Positions 28,640-38,186 are shown, counted from the first letter of the stretch. The stretch is DNA of 38,317 bases from Chitinophagaceae bacterium (GCA_044361845.1 JBIKIB010000001.1:1-38317); one strand, 5' to 3'. Numbers and translations are program-made. Notes: generated from the letters alone by a model not told the origin.

Positions 28640-28673
28640 AGTTCAACGTCATAACCACTGTAGGACCCACGCT

Positions 28674-29393
28674 ATGCAAGTACAATTGTTCGTACCATGT
28701 TTTATGGACCAGCTATATCCACAAACAGCCTTCAACACGGTCAAAGTGCTGGAAAGAGCAGGATGTACCGTGTCCTATAACACAGAACAGACCTGTTGCG
28801 GTCAGCCTGCTTTCAATGCGGGTTTTAGAACTGAATCACAGGCTGTATGTACAAAATTCCTAAAGGATTTTTCCGGTGCTAATGTCATCGTAACCCCAAG
28901 TGCATCCTGCGCAGGCTTTATCAGGAATTATTACAGCTTGCTATTTGAAAATACCACCCGAATCAAAGAACTCAAAAACCTAACCAGCAGCGTTTACGAA
29001 CTGAGTGATTTTCTGGTGAATAAACTCGGGATCACCCAACTAGGTGCATCCCTTAGAGGGAAAGTCGCTTACCATGACTCTTGTGCCGGACTTCGGGAAT
29101 ATGGGATCAAAAAAGAGCCCCGCATGCTGTTGAATGAAGTGGATGGATTAGACATCGTTGAAATGAACGATGTGGAGACCTGCTGCGGATTTGGCGGTAC
29201 ATTTGCCGTGAAATTTGGCTCCATCTCCGCTGCCATGGGCGATCAAAAATCAAAGAACGCCGAAGATACCGGAGCAGACTACCTCGTTTCTACAGATATG
29301 AGTTGCCTGATGCACATTGACGGTGTCATGAAGAAAAAGGGTTCGCAGATGCAATGCCTGCACCTCGCAGATGTGCTGGCCAGCGGCTACTGA
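28674..29393 (+). CDS. CCG-domain Fe-S protein, LutA/YkgE/LldE-like
   Basis: LFVPCFMD, QTCCGQPAFNAG, SASC, YHDSC, CCGFGGTF and DMSCLMHI. Confidence 0.88.
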   Translation: MQVQLFVPCFMDQLYPQTAFNTVKVLERAGCTVSYNTEQTCCGQPAFNAGFRTESQAVCTKFLKDFSGANVIVTPSASCAGFIRNYYSLLFENTTRIKELKNLTSSVYELSDFLVNKLGITQLGASLRGKVAYHDSCAGLREYGIKKEPRMLLNEVDGLDIVEMNDVETCCGFGGTFAVKFGSISAAMGDQKSKNAEDTGADYLVSTDMSCLMHIDGVMKKKGSQMQCLHLADVLASGY

Positions 29394-29451
29394 GCTACAA
29401 GATTGCCAACAGGTCATCTTCTTCAACCCCTCCTTTCAAAACACATTAAGA

Positions 29452-29862
29452 ATGGCATATTGGCTGATCAAATCCGAACCGTTCAAATACGCCTGGGAAC
29501 AATTCGAAAAAGATGGAAAAACCCACTGGGATGGTGTCAGAAATTATGCCGCAAGGCTCAATATTCGGGCGATGAAGGTTGGAGATCTCGCTTTTTTCTA
29601 TCACAGCAATGAAGGAAAAGAAATTGTCGGGATCGCTGAAATCATCAGAGAAGCCTATCAGGACCCCACCACAACAGAAGATTGGTCGGTAGTGGATGTG
29701 GCCCCCGTCAGAAAACTCAACAAGGCTGTCACCCTCGCAGAAATCAAAACGGAACAATCCCTTTCACAAATGGCCCTCTTGCGTTTAAGCAGGCTTTCCG
29801 TCCAACCCGTAAAAGAGGAGGAATGGGAAATCGTACTTTCCATGGCTGGTGAAAAGACATGA
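29452..29862 (+). CDS. EVE domain protein
   Basis: MAYWLIKSEP, WDGVRNYAAR, MKVGDLAFFYHS and RLSVQPV. Start moved to 29452. Confidence 0.93.
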   Translation: MAYWLIKSEPFKYAWEQFEKDGKTHWDGVRNYAARLNIRAMKVGDLAFFYHSNEGKEIVGIAEIIREAYQDPTTTEDWSVVDVAPVRKLNKAVTLAEIKTEQSLSQMALLRLSRLSVQPVKEEEWEIVLSMAGEKT

Positions 29863-29880
29863 TAACAACACCACCCACCC

Positions 29881-30564
29881 ATGAAAAAGAAAAAACTGGT
29901 TGTGATGACCGGAGCCGGGATCAGTGCTGAAAGCGGATTGAAAACTTTCAGGGACAGTGACGGACTTTGGGAAGGGTATTCCATCGAACAGGTTGCAACA
30001 ATTGAAGCATGGTGGGAAAATCCACAAAGGGTGTTGGATTTTTATAACGAACGCCGGAGAAATGTCCTGGCAGCTTTGCCGAATTTGGCACATCTCGGAC
30101 TGGTAACGCTGGAGCAACAGTATGATGTGCAGATCATCACGCAAAATGTGGATGACCTGCATGAACGCGCCGGAAGCAGTAAGATCCTCCACCTCCACGG
30201 AGAGATCATGAAGATGCGAAGCGAAAAGAACGATCAGCTCTTGTATCAGATCGGAGGAGATATCAAACTGGGTGATAAAGCAGAAGACGGAGCGCAGCTA
30301 AGACCATTCATCGTTTGGTTCGGAGAAGAAGTACCACTCATAAAGACAGCCGCGGCAATGGCAGCATCCGCAGATATTTTCGTAGTCATTGGAACGTCTC
30401 TTCAGGTGTATCCAGCTGCCGGACTGTTACGCCATACCCCAAGCGGGATTCCGGTCTATATCATCGATAAGGTCATTCCCGAAACAAGCCATCCGCATGA
30501 CATCATCTCCATAGAAAAGCCTGCCACACTCGGCATCGCAGACCTGCTCCATGAACTCATGTAA
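29881..30564 (+). CDS. cobB: NAD-dependent protein deacylase, class III sirtuin
   Basis: GAGISAESG..TFR, FYNERR (YxxR), TQNVDDLHERAG, HLHG, RP.IVWFGE and GTSLQVYPAA. Confidence 0.92.
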   Translation: MKKKKLVVMTGAGISAESGLKTFRDSDGLWEGYSIEQVATIEAWWENPQRVLDFYNERRRNVLAALPNLAHLGLVTLEQQYDVQIITQNVDDLHERAGSSKILHLHGEIMKMRSEKNDQLLYQIGGDIKLGDKAEDGAQLRPFIVWFGEEVPLIKTAAAMAASADIFVVIGTSLQVYPAAGLLRHTPSGIPVYIIDKVIPETSHPHDIISIEKPATLGIADLLHELM

Positions 30565-30618
30565 AAAATCGAAATGGAGCATGCGATTGTTCATGTTTCA
30601 TGCTGTGGTGCCAGTCGG

Positions 30619-32118
30619 TTAACCCTCTCTGTGGCAAAAAATAATACCCTCTTTTTCAAGCGCTGGCATCACTTTTCCATATATGCTTTTGTGAATGGGG
30701 ATGATCACGCCTGTTTCACGGATCTTTCCTGACAGGATCATACTGGCGGCGATCCCCAGGGGTAGACCGACCGTTTTTGCCATTGCCGTGTGCGTGTGAT
30801 CGCTCCCTTTCAGGATCAGAGAGCTTGAAGATTTTTTCTGCTGCCCATCCAGTTCGTATCCGAATTCATGCATCATGATGATCATATCCTTATCACGGGG
30901 GCCGAGTGACAGTCTTTTTTCCAGGATCCACTGCAGCACATCCGCCGCACTGCGTTTTCCAATATTGATGAAATCGCCGGAATCAAGCCCCAGATAAAAC
31001 AACTGAGAAAGCGCAAGCTTTGCTTCATGCATCCTTACAGCTATCCCGGAAGCGACATCCTGCCTTGTTTTCCGGGCAGAAAAATCCCGAAGGTCCCCCT
31101 TATCATTTACCAGCATGATGGCATCCTTGGTTTTTTCTTCCTCAGGCCTGGCAATTTCAGCCTCCATCAGACTGATGAGGTCTTCAAGATGGGTTCTTGT
31201 ATGATTGAAATGTGTCGAAATCGTTTGTTGCAGCCACTCTGAGAACCCGAAACGATCAAAATGTATCTGAAAGAAAGCTGAAAGACTCATACCATCGGTA
31301 TCGTACATGACCGTTTCGTCAGTGAGTTTTAAATCGATCAGATTCTTCCACCCAAGGCAGAAGTCCGGATGGCGAAGGGTCGTCCGTACAAAAGTCGGGA
31401 TACCTTCCAATCCGTATTTCGGCATATAGGAAAGCGAATCCCGGTTCGGATACCAGGCAAGCCTACCCATACCGGGTATGTCCACTGTACGATTTTGATC
31501 AAACAATGCAGTGTATCCCATGTTCACAGTTGCTCCATTCTCACGATAAACCGCACCATCTTTTCCTGCCATGACCACATTTCGCGGATTCCAGCTGATC
31601 TTGTAATGCCATGGATTGTCATCTGACTCCGGCGCAACAAGTCCACCGCAATGAGATCTGAAAGAATGGATCACACCTCCATCTTCCTTAATGCGGTCGA
31701 TCACCTCCATCGCACTCATATGATCAATACCCGGATCAAGCCCCATTTCACAAAGAAACGTAAGACCCTTCGACCGCGCTTCCTGGTCAAGTTCCATGAT
31801 CTCGGGACTAACGTAAGATGCATTCAGGAAATGTTTGCCGTGTGCCAGACATATCCTTGCAATATCAGGATGAAAGGGGGGAGGCAGCAAGGAGATCACC
31901 AGATCCGACGCCGCTATAAGATTATCCGTATCAGCTGGAGTAAATGGATCGATCCTATGGGCGGAAGCATTGGGATCTCCAGCGATCTTTGAGGCAGCCA
32001 ATGTTCCGTTGATGTCAGCCACATGCACATGCCATCCATTCGCGGGAGCCTTGACCAAAAGATAAGAAATAAGCACTGTGGAGGATTTTCCGGCACCCAG
32101 CACCAGGATCTGCTTCAT
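30619..32118 (-). CDS. Saccharopine dehydrogenase (reductase-type)
   Basis: GAGKS Rossmann motif, SLLP, ASYVS, EMGLDPGIDHMSA, CGGL, YKISWNPR, YPNRDS, RTTLR and AMAKTVGLP. Confidence 0.92.
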   Translation of the reverse strand: MKQILVLGAGKSSTVLISYLLVKAPANGWHVHVADINGTLAASKIAGDPNASAHRIDPFTPADTDNLIAASDLVISLLPPPFHPDIARICLAHGKHFLNASYVSPEIMELDQEARSKGLTFLCEMGLDPGIDHMSAMEVIDRIKEDGGVIHSFRSHCGGLVAPESDDNPWHYKISWNPRNVVMAGKDGAVYRENGATVNMGYTALFDQNRTVDIPGMGRLAWYPNRDSLSYMPKYGLEGIPTFVRTTLRHPDFCLGWKNLIDLKLTDETVMYDTDGMSLSAFFQIHFDRFGFSEWLQQTISTHFNHTRTHLEDLISLMEAEIARPEEEKTKDAIMLVNDKGDLRDFSARKTRQDVASGIAVRMHEAKLALSQLFYLGLDSGDFINIGKRSAADVLQWILEKRLSLGPRDKDMIIMMHEFGYELDGQQKKSSSSLILKGSDHTHTAMAKTVGLPLGIAASMILSGKIRETGVIIPIHKSIYGKVMPALEKEGIIFCHREG

Positions 32119-32197
32119 GCGGCTTTATTTGAAGTGAAATTCCGAAAAAAAATGGCAACGAGGTTTCAACTTGAAAAAGAAAAAAGGAAATGGAAAT

Positions 32198-32860
32198 TCA
32201 TGATAATGCAACATCATCATCCTCCGGCATGAATTCTATCACGATACGACGATCAGATGATACCGAAATACTATTCAGGAAATCAGAAGACCCGTCGTTT
32301 CGCCTGAATTCTGGAATGATCGGCTGCAACGGAGGCTTTTTACCGGTGAGCGATGCCTTTTTGTACGACAATTGCTCCCTCTTTCTGACCCATCCCGTTC
32401 CAATGCCAACAACAACCTTTCCGTGCTCCATGATGCCATCCGGAAAACGTACAAACAGACGGCCGTTATCGGTGCCGGCCAAAGGAATATGCTCTTGTAA
32501 CCCGGGATTCTTTAATTGACATGACGGTATTAGACCCGATTCAAGCATCAGTATCTGATACGGTATGTACGCTGCCATGGTAGGAAGAATGTTACATTCC
32601 TGCTCCGGTGGAAAAAGAGAAGGGAGAAAGACCTTCGTGAGTATCTTGACCGGCTTTTCCTTGACCGTGACCAAGGCTCCCGATGGTAGTGCGATGCCGG
32701 GAACGGCCTTGAATTCGTCTATTTCAGAGGGATATCGCCATTGCGTAGTTTTTCCGTCCACCCAGACAAGGTCCTGTGGCTTCAGGGGGAGACATAATAA
32801 TTCCTCATAGGAATATGGCCCTGAACTTTTGTTGTTTCGGAGGAGGAGGTAACTCTTCAA
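32198..32860 (-). CDS. Hypothetical protein with N-terminal GYF_2/DUF4339-like domain
   Basis: YLLLRNNK.SGPYS.EEL...L.P.DLVWVDG...W..PSEI.E; the remainder is not recognisable. Confidence 0.6.
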   Translation of the reverse strand: MKSYLLLRNNKSSGPYSYEELLCLPLKPQDLVWVDGKTTQWRYPSEIDEFKAVPGIALPSGALVTVKEKPVKILTKVFLPSLFPPEQECNILPTMAAYIPYQILMLESGLIPSCQLKNPGLQEHIPLAGTDNGRLFVRFPDGIMEHGKVVVGIGTGWVRKREQLSYKKASLTGKKPPLQPIIPEFRRNDGSSDFLNSISVSSDRRIVIEFMPEDDDVALS

Positions 32861-33201
32861 AGGATAAATCGCAGTGAAAATAGCAAAAACCCTCTAAAAA
32901 TGTTACTTATTTGTGAATAATTTATTTTTGACGCACTTTCAAATACCCATTTTTTTATCAAGTATCCGAAAAAAACATGAGGATCTGAAAATGCATGACC
33001 GGAGCAAACATGATGGCGGGACCCTTCCTGCGAAGACTTTTGCTTCTTTACTGACCCTATCACGATATCCGGACTTTTTATCAAATCCCCATCTATGCGG
33101 CTTACTGTCTGCCAAATGCGAAACAAGGTTTAATCCACATCCGTGGATAAAAACAAGCGGGGTAATGACCGGCTCAGCCTCATTTTACAGGGTAATTGAG
33201 G

Positions 33202-33209
33202 TACCTTTG
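33202..33209 (+). promoter_or_regulatory. -7 element TACCTTTG for gyrA
   Basis: Exact TAnnTTTG 56 nt before the ATG. Confidence 0.6.
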
Positions 33210-33265
33210 AAAAGGTTCTGAAAAACCACAAAGGTTTCAACAACAGGCTCATACATTTCACCCAT

Positions 33266-35851
33266 ATGGACGAACTAAATCAACCGGAACAGACAAAAGA
33301 CAATGACCGGATCATACCTGTGAACATCGAGGAACAAATGAAATCCTCGTACATAGATTATTCCATGAGCGTCATCGTGGGACGGGCTTTGCCAGACGTA
33401 CGGGATGGACTGAAGCCTGTGCACCGGAGAATTTTATTCGCGATGAACGGATTGGGGCTGGACTATAACAAACCCACCAAAAAATGTGCACGTATCGTGG
33501 GTGAAGTGCTGGGTAAATATCATCCACACGGAGATACCGCGGTTTATGATACCCTTGTCAGGATGGCACAGGAGTGGAATATGCGATACCCATCGGTCGA
33601 CAAGCAGGGTAACTTCGGTTCCCCCGATGGTGAAGGACCTGCCGCAATGCGATACACAGAAGCCCGACTGCAGCGCTACGCTGCTTATTTGATGGAGGAT
33701 ATCGACAAAGAAACAGTGGATTTCCAGCCAAACTTTGATGACTCTCTGGAAGAGCCCACCGTGCTGCCCACACGCATTCCCAACCTTCTTGTCAATGGCA
33801 GTAGCGGTATCGCGGTGGGGATGGCCACAAATATGCTACCCCACAATCTCTCAGAAGTGATTGATGGATGCATCGCCTTCATAAATGACAGGGACATCAC
33901 CATCGACCAGCTCATGACATATGTCAAGGCACCTGATTTTCCGGGTGGCGGGATGATCTATGGGATGGAAGGAGTAAAAGCAGCCATGCATACCGGCCGC
34001 GGCAGAGTAGTGCTCCGGGGAAAGCTGACCGTCGATGCCAAAGCCAACGGAAGAGAACAGATCGTCATAACTGAAGTACCTTATCAGGTCAGCCGGGATG
34101 TGCTTACAGCGAGGATCGGACAGTTGGTCAATGAGAAGATCATTGAAGGCATATCCAACGTCAACAACGAATCCAACGAAAAAGAAGGTACCCGCATTGT
34201 CATCGACCTCCGAAAAGATGGGGTGTCAAGCGTCATCGTCAACCAGCTTTTCAAATATACCGACCTCCAGACATCCTACGGCATCAACAATGTCGCACTC
34301 GTAAAAGGACGCCCCAGAACCCTGAACCTGAAAGAACTCATCACTGAATTCATAGAATTCAGGCATGAAGTGGTGGTGCGCCGTGCAAAATATGAACTCA
34401 AGGAAGCTGAGAAGAAAGCACATATCCTGGAAGGCTACCTGATCGCACTCGATAACCTCGATGAAGTCATCACCCTGATCCGTCAATCCGTCAACCCGGA
34501 AGAAGCCCGACAGGGTCTCATATCTCGCTTCGGTATGTCGGAAATACAGGCCAAAGCCGTACTTGAGCTTCGCCTGCAAAGGCTGACAGGCATGGAGCGG
34601 GACAAGATCAAGGAAGAATATGACGAGATCATGAAAGTCATCGCACAACTGAAACTCCTGCTATCGGATGAAGGAATGCGTTTCGATCTCATAAAGACTG
34701 AACTCAAAGAGATACGCGATAAATTCGGAGATGCCCGCCGCTCAGAGATCACTTACCTGGAAGACGAAGTCAACTTCATTGATCTTATCAAGGAAGAGGA
34801 TGTCGTCATCACGGTATCTCATCTTGGATACATTAAACGTACCCCTGCCGACGAATACCGCATCCAGAAAAGAGGTGGACGGGGCTCCATCGGTGGAAAG
34901 ACCCGGGAGGAAGACTGGATTGAACACCTTTTCGTAGCTTCCACCCACCATACACTCGTCATCTTCACAGAAAAAGGACGCTGCTACTGGCTGAAAGTCT
35001 ATCAAATCCCGGATGGCGAAAAACAAAGCAAAGGAAGGGCCATTCAGAACCTCATACAACTCCCGCAGGATGACCGCATCAGGGTGATACTGGACGTCAA
35101 AAAACTGGATGACACGGAATATGTGCAATCTCATTACATTGTCCTGTGCACACGAAAGGGTGTCATCAAAAAAACAGACCTGGAGGATTTCAGCAGACCC
35201 CGTTCCACAGGGGTGAATGCCATCACGATCATGGAAGGCGACCAACTCCTCTATGCCCGGTTGACCAATGGAAGCTCCGAGATCATCATGGCCGTCAAGA
35301 GCGGACGGGCCATTCGCTTCCCGGAAGAAAAGGTGAGGTCTACCGGAAGAGGTGCCATCGGTGTAACCGGTATTGAAGTGGATAATGATACGGATGCAGT
35401 TGTTGGTATGATCTGCGTCGAAAGGTCTGATACCAGCCGCACAGTACTGGTCGTATCAGAAAATGGCTACGGAAAACGCACCCAGATAGACGAATACCGC
35501 ATCACCAACCGAGGAGGTAAAGGTGTTAAAACCATCAATGTCACAGAAAAGACAGGCAACCTTGTCGGGATGCTGGACGTCTCCGAAACAGAAGACCTCA
35601 TGATCACCTGTATGTCGGGAGTAACGATCCGCATGTCGGTGTCGAAAATCAGCGAACTTGGCAGAGCCACACAGGGTGTGAAGCTGATCCGACTGGATGA
35701 AAACGATAAGATCGCAGCGATCACACAGCTGGATGAATCCAAAATGGATGAACCAGCACTGAATGATGCTGAAATTCCGCAAAGCACCGAAACAGACGTT
35801 CCTGAAAACCCTGAAACCGAGGTGAAAACCGATGAGGGGGAAACGGAATAA
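33266..35851 (+). CDS. gyrA: DNA gyrase subunit A
   Basis: RALPDVRDGLKPVHRR, YHPHGD, AAMRYTE (catalytic Tyr), GyrA-box QKRGGRG, beta-pinwheel repeats and an acidic tail. Confidence 0.98.
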   Translation: MDELNQPEQTKDNDRIIPVNIEEQMKSSYIDYSMSVIVGRALPDVRDGLKPVHRRILFAMNGLGLDYNKPTKKCARIVGEVLGKYHPHGDTAVYDTLVRMAQEWNMRYPSVDKQGNFGSPDGEGPAAMRYTEARLQRYAAYLMEDIDKETVDFQPNFDDSLEEPTVLPTRIPNLLVNGSSGIAVGMATNMLPHNLSEVIDGCIAFINDRDITIDQLMTYVKAPDFPGGGMIYGMEGVKAAMHTGRGRVVLRGKLTVDAKANGREQIVITEVPYQVSRDVLTARIGQLVNEKIIEGISNVNNESNEKEGTRIVIDLRKDGVSSVIVNQLFKYTDLQTSYGINNVALVKGRPRTLNLKELITEFIEFRHEVVVRRAKYELKEAEKKAHILEGYLIALDNLDEVITLIRQSVNPEEARQGLISRFGMSEIQAKAVLELRLQRLTGMERDKIKEEYDEIMKVIAQLKLLLSDEGMRFDLIKTELKEIRDKFGDARRSEITYLEDEVNFIDLIKEEDVVITVSHLGYIKRTPADEYRIQKRGGRGSIGGKTREEDWIEHLFVASTHHTLVIFTEKGRCYWLKVYQIPDGEKQSKGRAIQNLIQLPQDDRIRVILDVKKLDDTEYVQSHYIVLCTRKGVIKKTDLEDFSRPRSTGVNAITIMEGDQLLYARLTNGSSEIIMAVKSGRAIRFPEEKVRSTGRGAIGVTGIEVDNDTDAVVGMICVERSDTSRTVLVVSENGYGKRTQIDEYRITNRGGKGVKTINVTEKTGNLVGMLDVSETEDLMITCMSGVTIRMSVSKISELGRATQGVKLIRLDENDKIAAITQLDESKMDEPALNDAEIPQSTETDVPENPETEVKTDEGETE

Positions 35852-35892
35852 TGAACAATTATGTAACTTACACGCATCCTTAATAAAAGATC

Positions 35893-37242
35893 ATGAAACG
35901 ACTGATTTCACTAAGCGTTTGCATCCTGCTTTTGTCACATGCAGGTATGGCACAGTTCGAACAGGTAAAGACATACCTTATGCTGAACCAGCTTCCCAAA
36001 GCAAAGGAAGCCATTGATGAATTGGAGAAAAAGGGAAAGGTTACCACAAAACCGGAATTCTATGCCGCAAAAGCCACAATCCTCGCCGGCTTGATGAAAG
36101 GTGCAGAACCTGCCGAATCAGCAAAGCTGATGAATGAATCCATCGCCTCCTACCGTAAATTCATGGCGGCAGACCCGACGAATGCCGGGAAATTCATCCA
36201 GGATCCCACATATTCCGCAACGCCGTTCACCTACTACAGCACATTCTTCAACGAAGGAATCAGCAGCTTCAACAAAAAAGAGTATGATGCGTCTTCCGAA
36301 AGCTTCAAAAATGCCACAGAATGGAGCGAATTCCTCATCAAAAATAACCAGATAGGACTGGCCTTTGACACATCCGCGAACTACCTCGCAGGTGCTTCCT
36401 GCCAGAACGCTGGTAAAATAGACGACGCACTTGTTTACTACAATAAACTCGCAGATAACAAAATCGGTGGCGCAGATTATGCTGATATGTACAAGTATAT
36501 GACCTACCAGTATTTTCTGAGAGACGATGCCGCTAATTTTGAAAGGACCCGCTCTGTTGGTAAAGAACTTTACCCCACCGACCAGTTTTTCACACTCGAT
36601 GAATTAGACCTTATCCTCGACATGGAGGACCCCAATGCCAAACTCGCAAAACTGGATGCCAAAGTGGCAAAAGAGCCGGGTAATATGAAACTGGCCCAGA
36701 TGTATGGTGCGATCCTTTTTGATAAGTTGAACGAAAGGGATGTCGATGTGACCACACCTGCGTACGCGAAGGAGGAAGAAAAGATGATATCGCTGCTGTC
36801 AAAAACAGCAGATGCCATGCCCGAAGATGCTGGCTCAATTTTCTATCTCGGTAAACACCAATGGTATAAATCCGACCGCATCAGGGCTCAGATCTTTGAT
36901 GTCAATGACGCCATCCGGAAATTCAATGATGCACAAAAACCTGACAAAGCGGGTAAACTTCCACCGCCTCCAAAAGACTTAACGGCTAAACGCGATAGCC
37001 TCCGGAAAGCCCAGGAATTGGCCATGGATAAAGCTGTGCCATATCTCCTTAAGGCCCAACCGATCATGGAGAAAACCTACACTAAAAGTCGCGGAGAGAC
37101 ACAGAACTATAAAATACTGGTCGATGACCTGATCCAGTATTATAGCTTCAAAAGGCAGTACGCAAAAACCAATGCTGAAAAAGTGAAATTCGAAGCCGAA
37201 GAGAAAAAATGGGATGCTATCTACACAAAGATAAAAGCATGA
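35893..37242 (+). CDS. Exported TPR-like helical protein
   Basis: Signal peptide ending MAQ; alpha-helical repeats (FNEG...FN.KEY..S...F, YLAG, FYLG); follows gyrA. Confidence 0.75.
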   Translation: MKRLISLSVCILLLSHAGMAQFEQVKTYLMLNQLPKAKEAIDELEKKGKVTTKPEFYAAKATILAGLMKGAEPAESAKLMNESIASYRKFMAADPTNAGKFIQDPTYSATPFTYYSTFFNEGISSFNKKEYDASSESFKNATEWSEFLIKNNQIGLAFDTSANYLAGASCQNAGKIDDALVYYNKLADNKIGGADYADMYKYMTYQYFLRDDAANFERTRSVGKELYPTDQFFTLDELDLILDMEDPNAKLAKLDAKVAKEPGNMKLAQMYGAILFDKLNERDVDVTTPAYAKEEEKMISLLSKTADAMPEDAGSIFYLGKHQWYKSDRIRAQIFDVNDAIRKFNDAQKPDKAGKLPPPPKDLTAKRDSLRKAQELAMDKAVPYLLKAQPIMEKTYTKSRGETQNYKILVDDLIQYYSFKRQYAKTNAEKVKFEAEEKKWDAIYTKIKA

Positions 37243-37279
37243 TGCAATAACGAATTTGAATCCTGCCAACTCAATTATC

Positions 37280-37318
37280 GCCATCTGCAGCGCAATTATT
37301 GCTTTGCAGATGGCTTTT
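37280..37318 (+). terminator. Intrinsic terminator after gyrA-TPR
   Basis: GCCATCTGCA...TGCAGATGGC 10-bp stem with inner GCAAT/ATTGC pairing, followed by TTTT. Confidence 0.75.
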
Positions 37319-37441
37319 CATTGCATGAACAATTTCGACATTGGTACAATCCCACTCACCCAATAAGCTATCCGACAAATGACACAAGATCTTCACCTCG
37401 GCCGTTCTTCCTTTGGCCATGTTGACAATAAAAATAAAGTA

Positions 37442-37990
37442 ATGTCCCGCGAAGAAGCGGATATCCTTCTCTCGGATTGGGTAAAAAATGAACGCCTGCT
37501 GCTTCACATGAGGCAGGTCGGCAAACTCATGCAACAATGGGCACAAGAAAGGGAACAATTGGAAGAAATCGATATCTGGAAATGGGAATTGGCAGGCTTG
37601 CTGCACGACGCTGACTGGGATCAATGGCCTGCATCACACTGTAAAAAAATCATAGCAGAATTAGAACAAAGGCAAATAGATCCGGAGATCATCCGCGCCA
37701 TCGCTTCCCACGGCCCCATTCATTTTGGAGTGGAACCGGAAACCAGGATGGATAAGATGCTCTTTGCCTTCGATGAACTAAGCGGCCTTATTCACGCCTA
37801 TTCCCTGATGCGCCCTGAAGGATATTCCGGAATGGAAGTCAAAGGCGTCAAGAAAAGACTGAAGGACAAGAGCTTCGCGGCAAATGTCTCCAGAGAAGAT
37901 ATCGATGATGCATGCCAACGGTCAGGCATAACTGTGGATGAATTGATCTCGTTCATCATCCGACACCAACCTGCAGTTTGCCTGGCTTAA
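37442..37990 (+). CDS. HD-superfamily metal-dependent hydrolase (HDIG/COG2316-like)
   Basis: LLH, GLLHDAD, AIASH, DELSGLI, LMRP and LKDKSFAANVSRE. Start at MSREEA (the ATG at 37379 is an alternative). Confidence 0.85.
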   Translation: MSREEADILLSDWVKNERLLLHMRQVGKLMQQWAQEREQLEEIDIWKWELAGLLHDADWDQWPASHCKKIIAELEQRQIDPEIIRAIASHGPIHFGVEPETRMDKMLFAFDELSGLIHAYSLMRPEGYSGMEVKGVKKRLKDKSFAANVSREDIDDACQRSGITVDELISFIIRHQPAVCLA

Positions 37991-38186
37991 AACCCAATAT
38001 GGCTTTTTAGTAGCCGATATCTCCAGCGTTCATCATGCCTACACGACAAAAATCCAATTTCGTTGACATGCTTCACCTGCGGTTCCCTATACCGGATCGG
38101 ATGCATGTTGATCAACCCTTTCACTTGAAGTAACGTCATCACCAATAGCATCGACTCGTTGAATGGATTACTGAATGTCCATTTTT

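Noticed and set aside
30578-30604. AGCATG...CATGCT inverted repeat between cobB and saccharopine dehydrogenase
   Set aside because: 6-bp stem, long loop and no adjacent T-tract; too weak to call a terminator.
32913-33221. 102-aa (+) ORF, and the overlapping 89-aa (-) ORF at 32857-33126, upstream of gyrA
   Set aside because: No recognisable motifs, atypical composition, and they overlap the promoter region.
37442-37990. HD protein as Cas3-HD or a defence effector
   Set aside because: Standalone COG2316-like sequence; no cas genes or repeats nearby.
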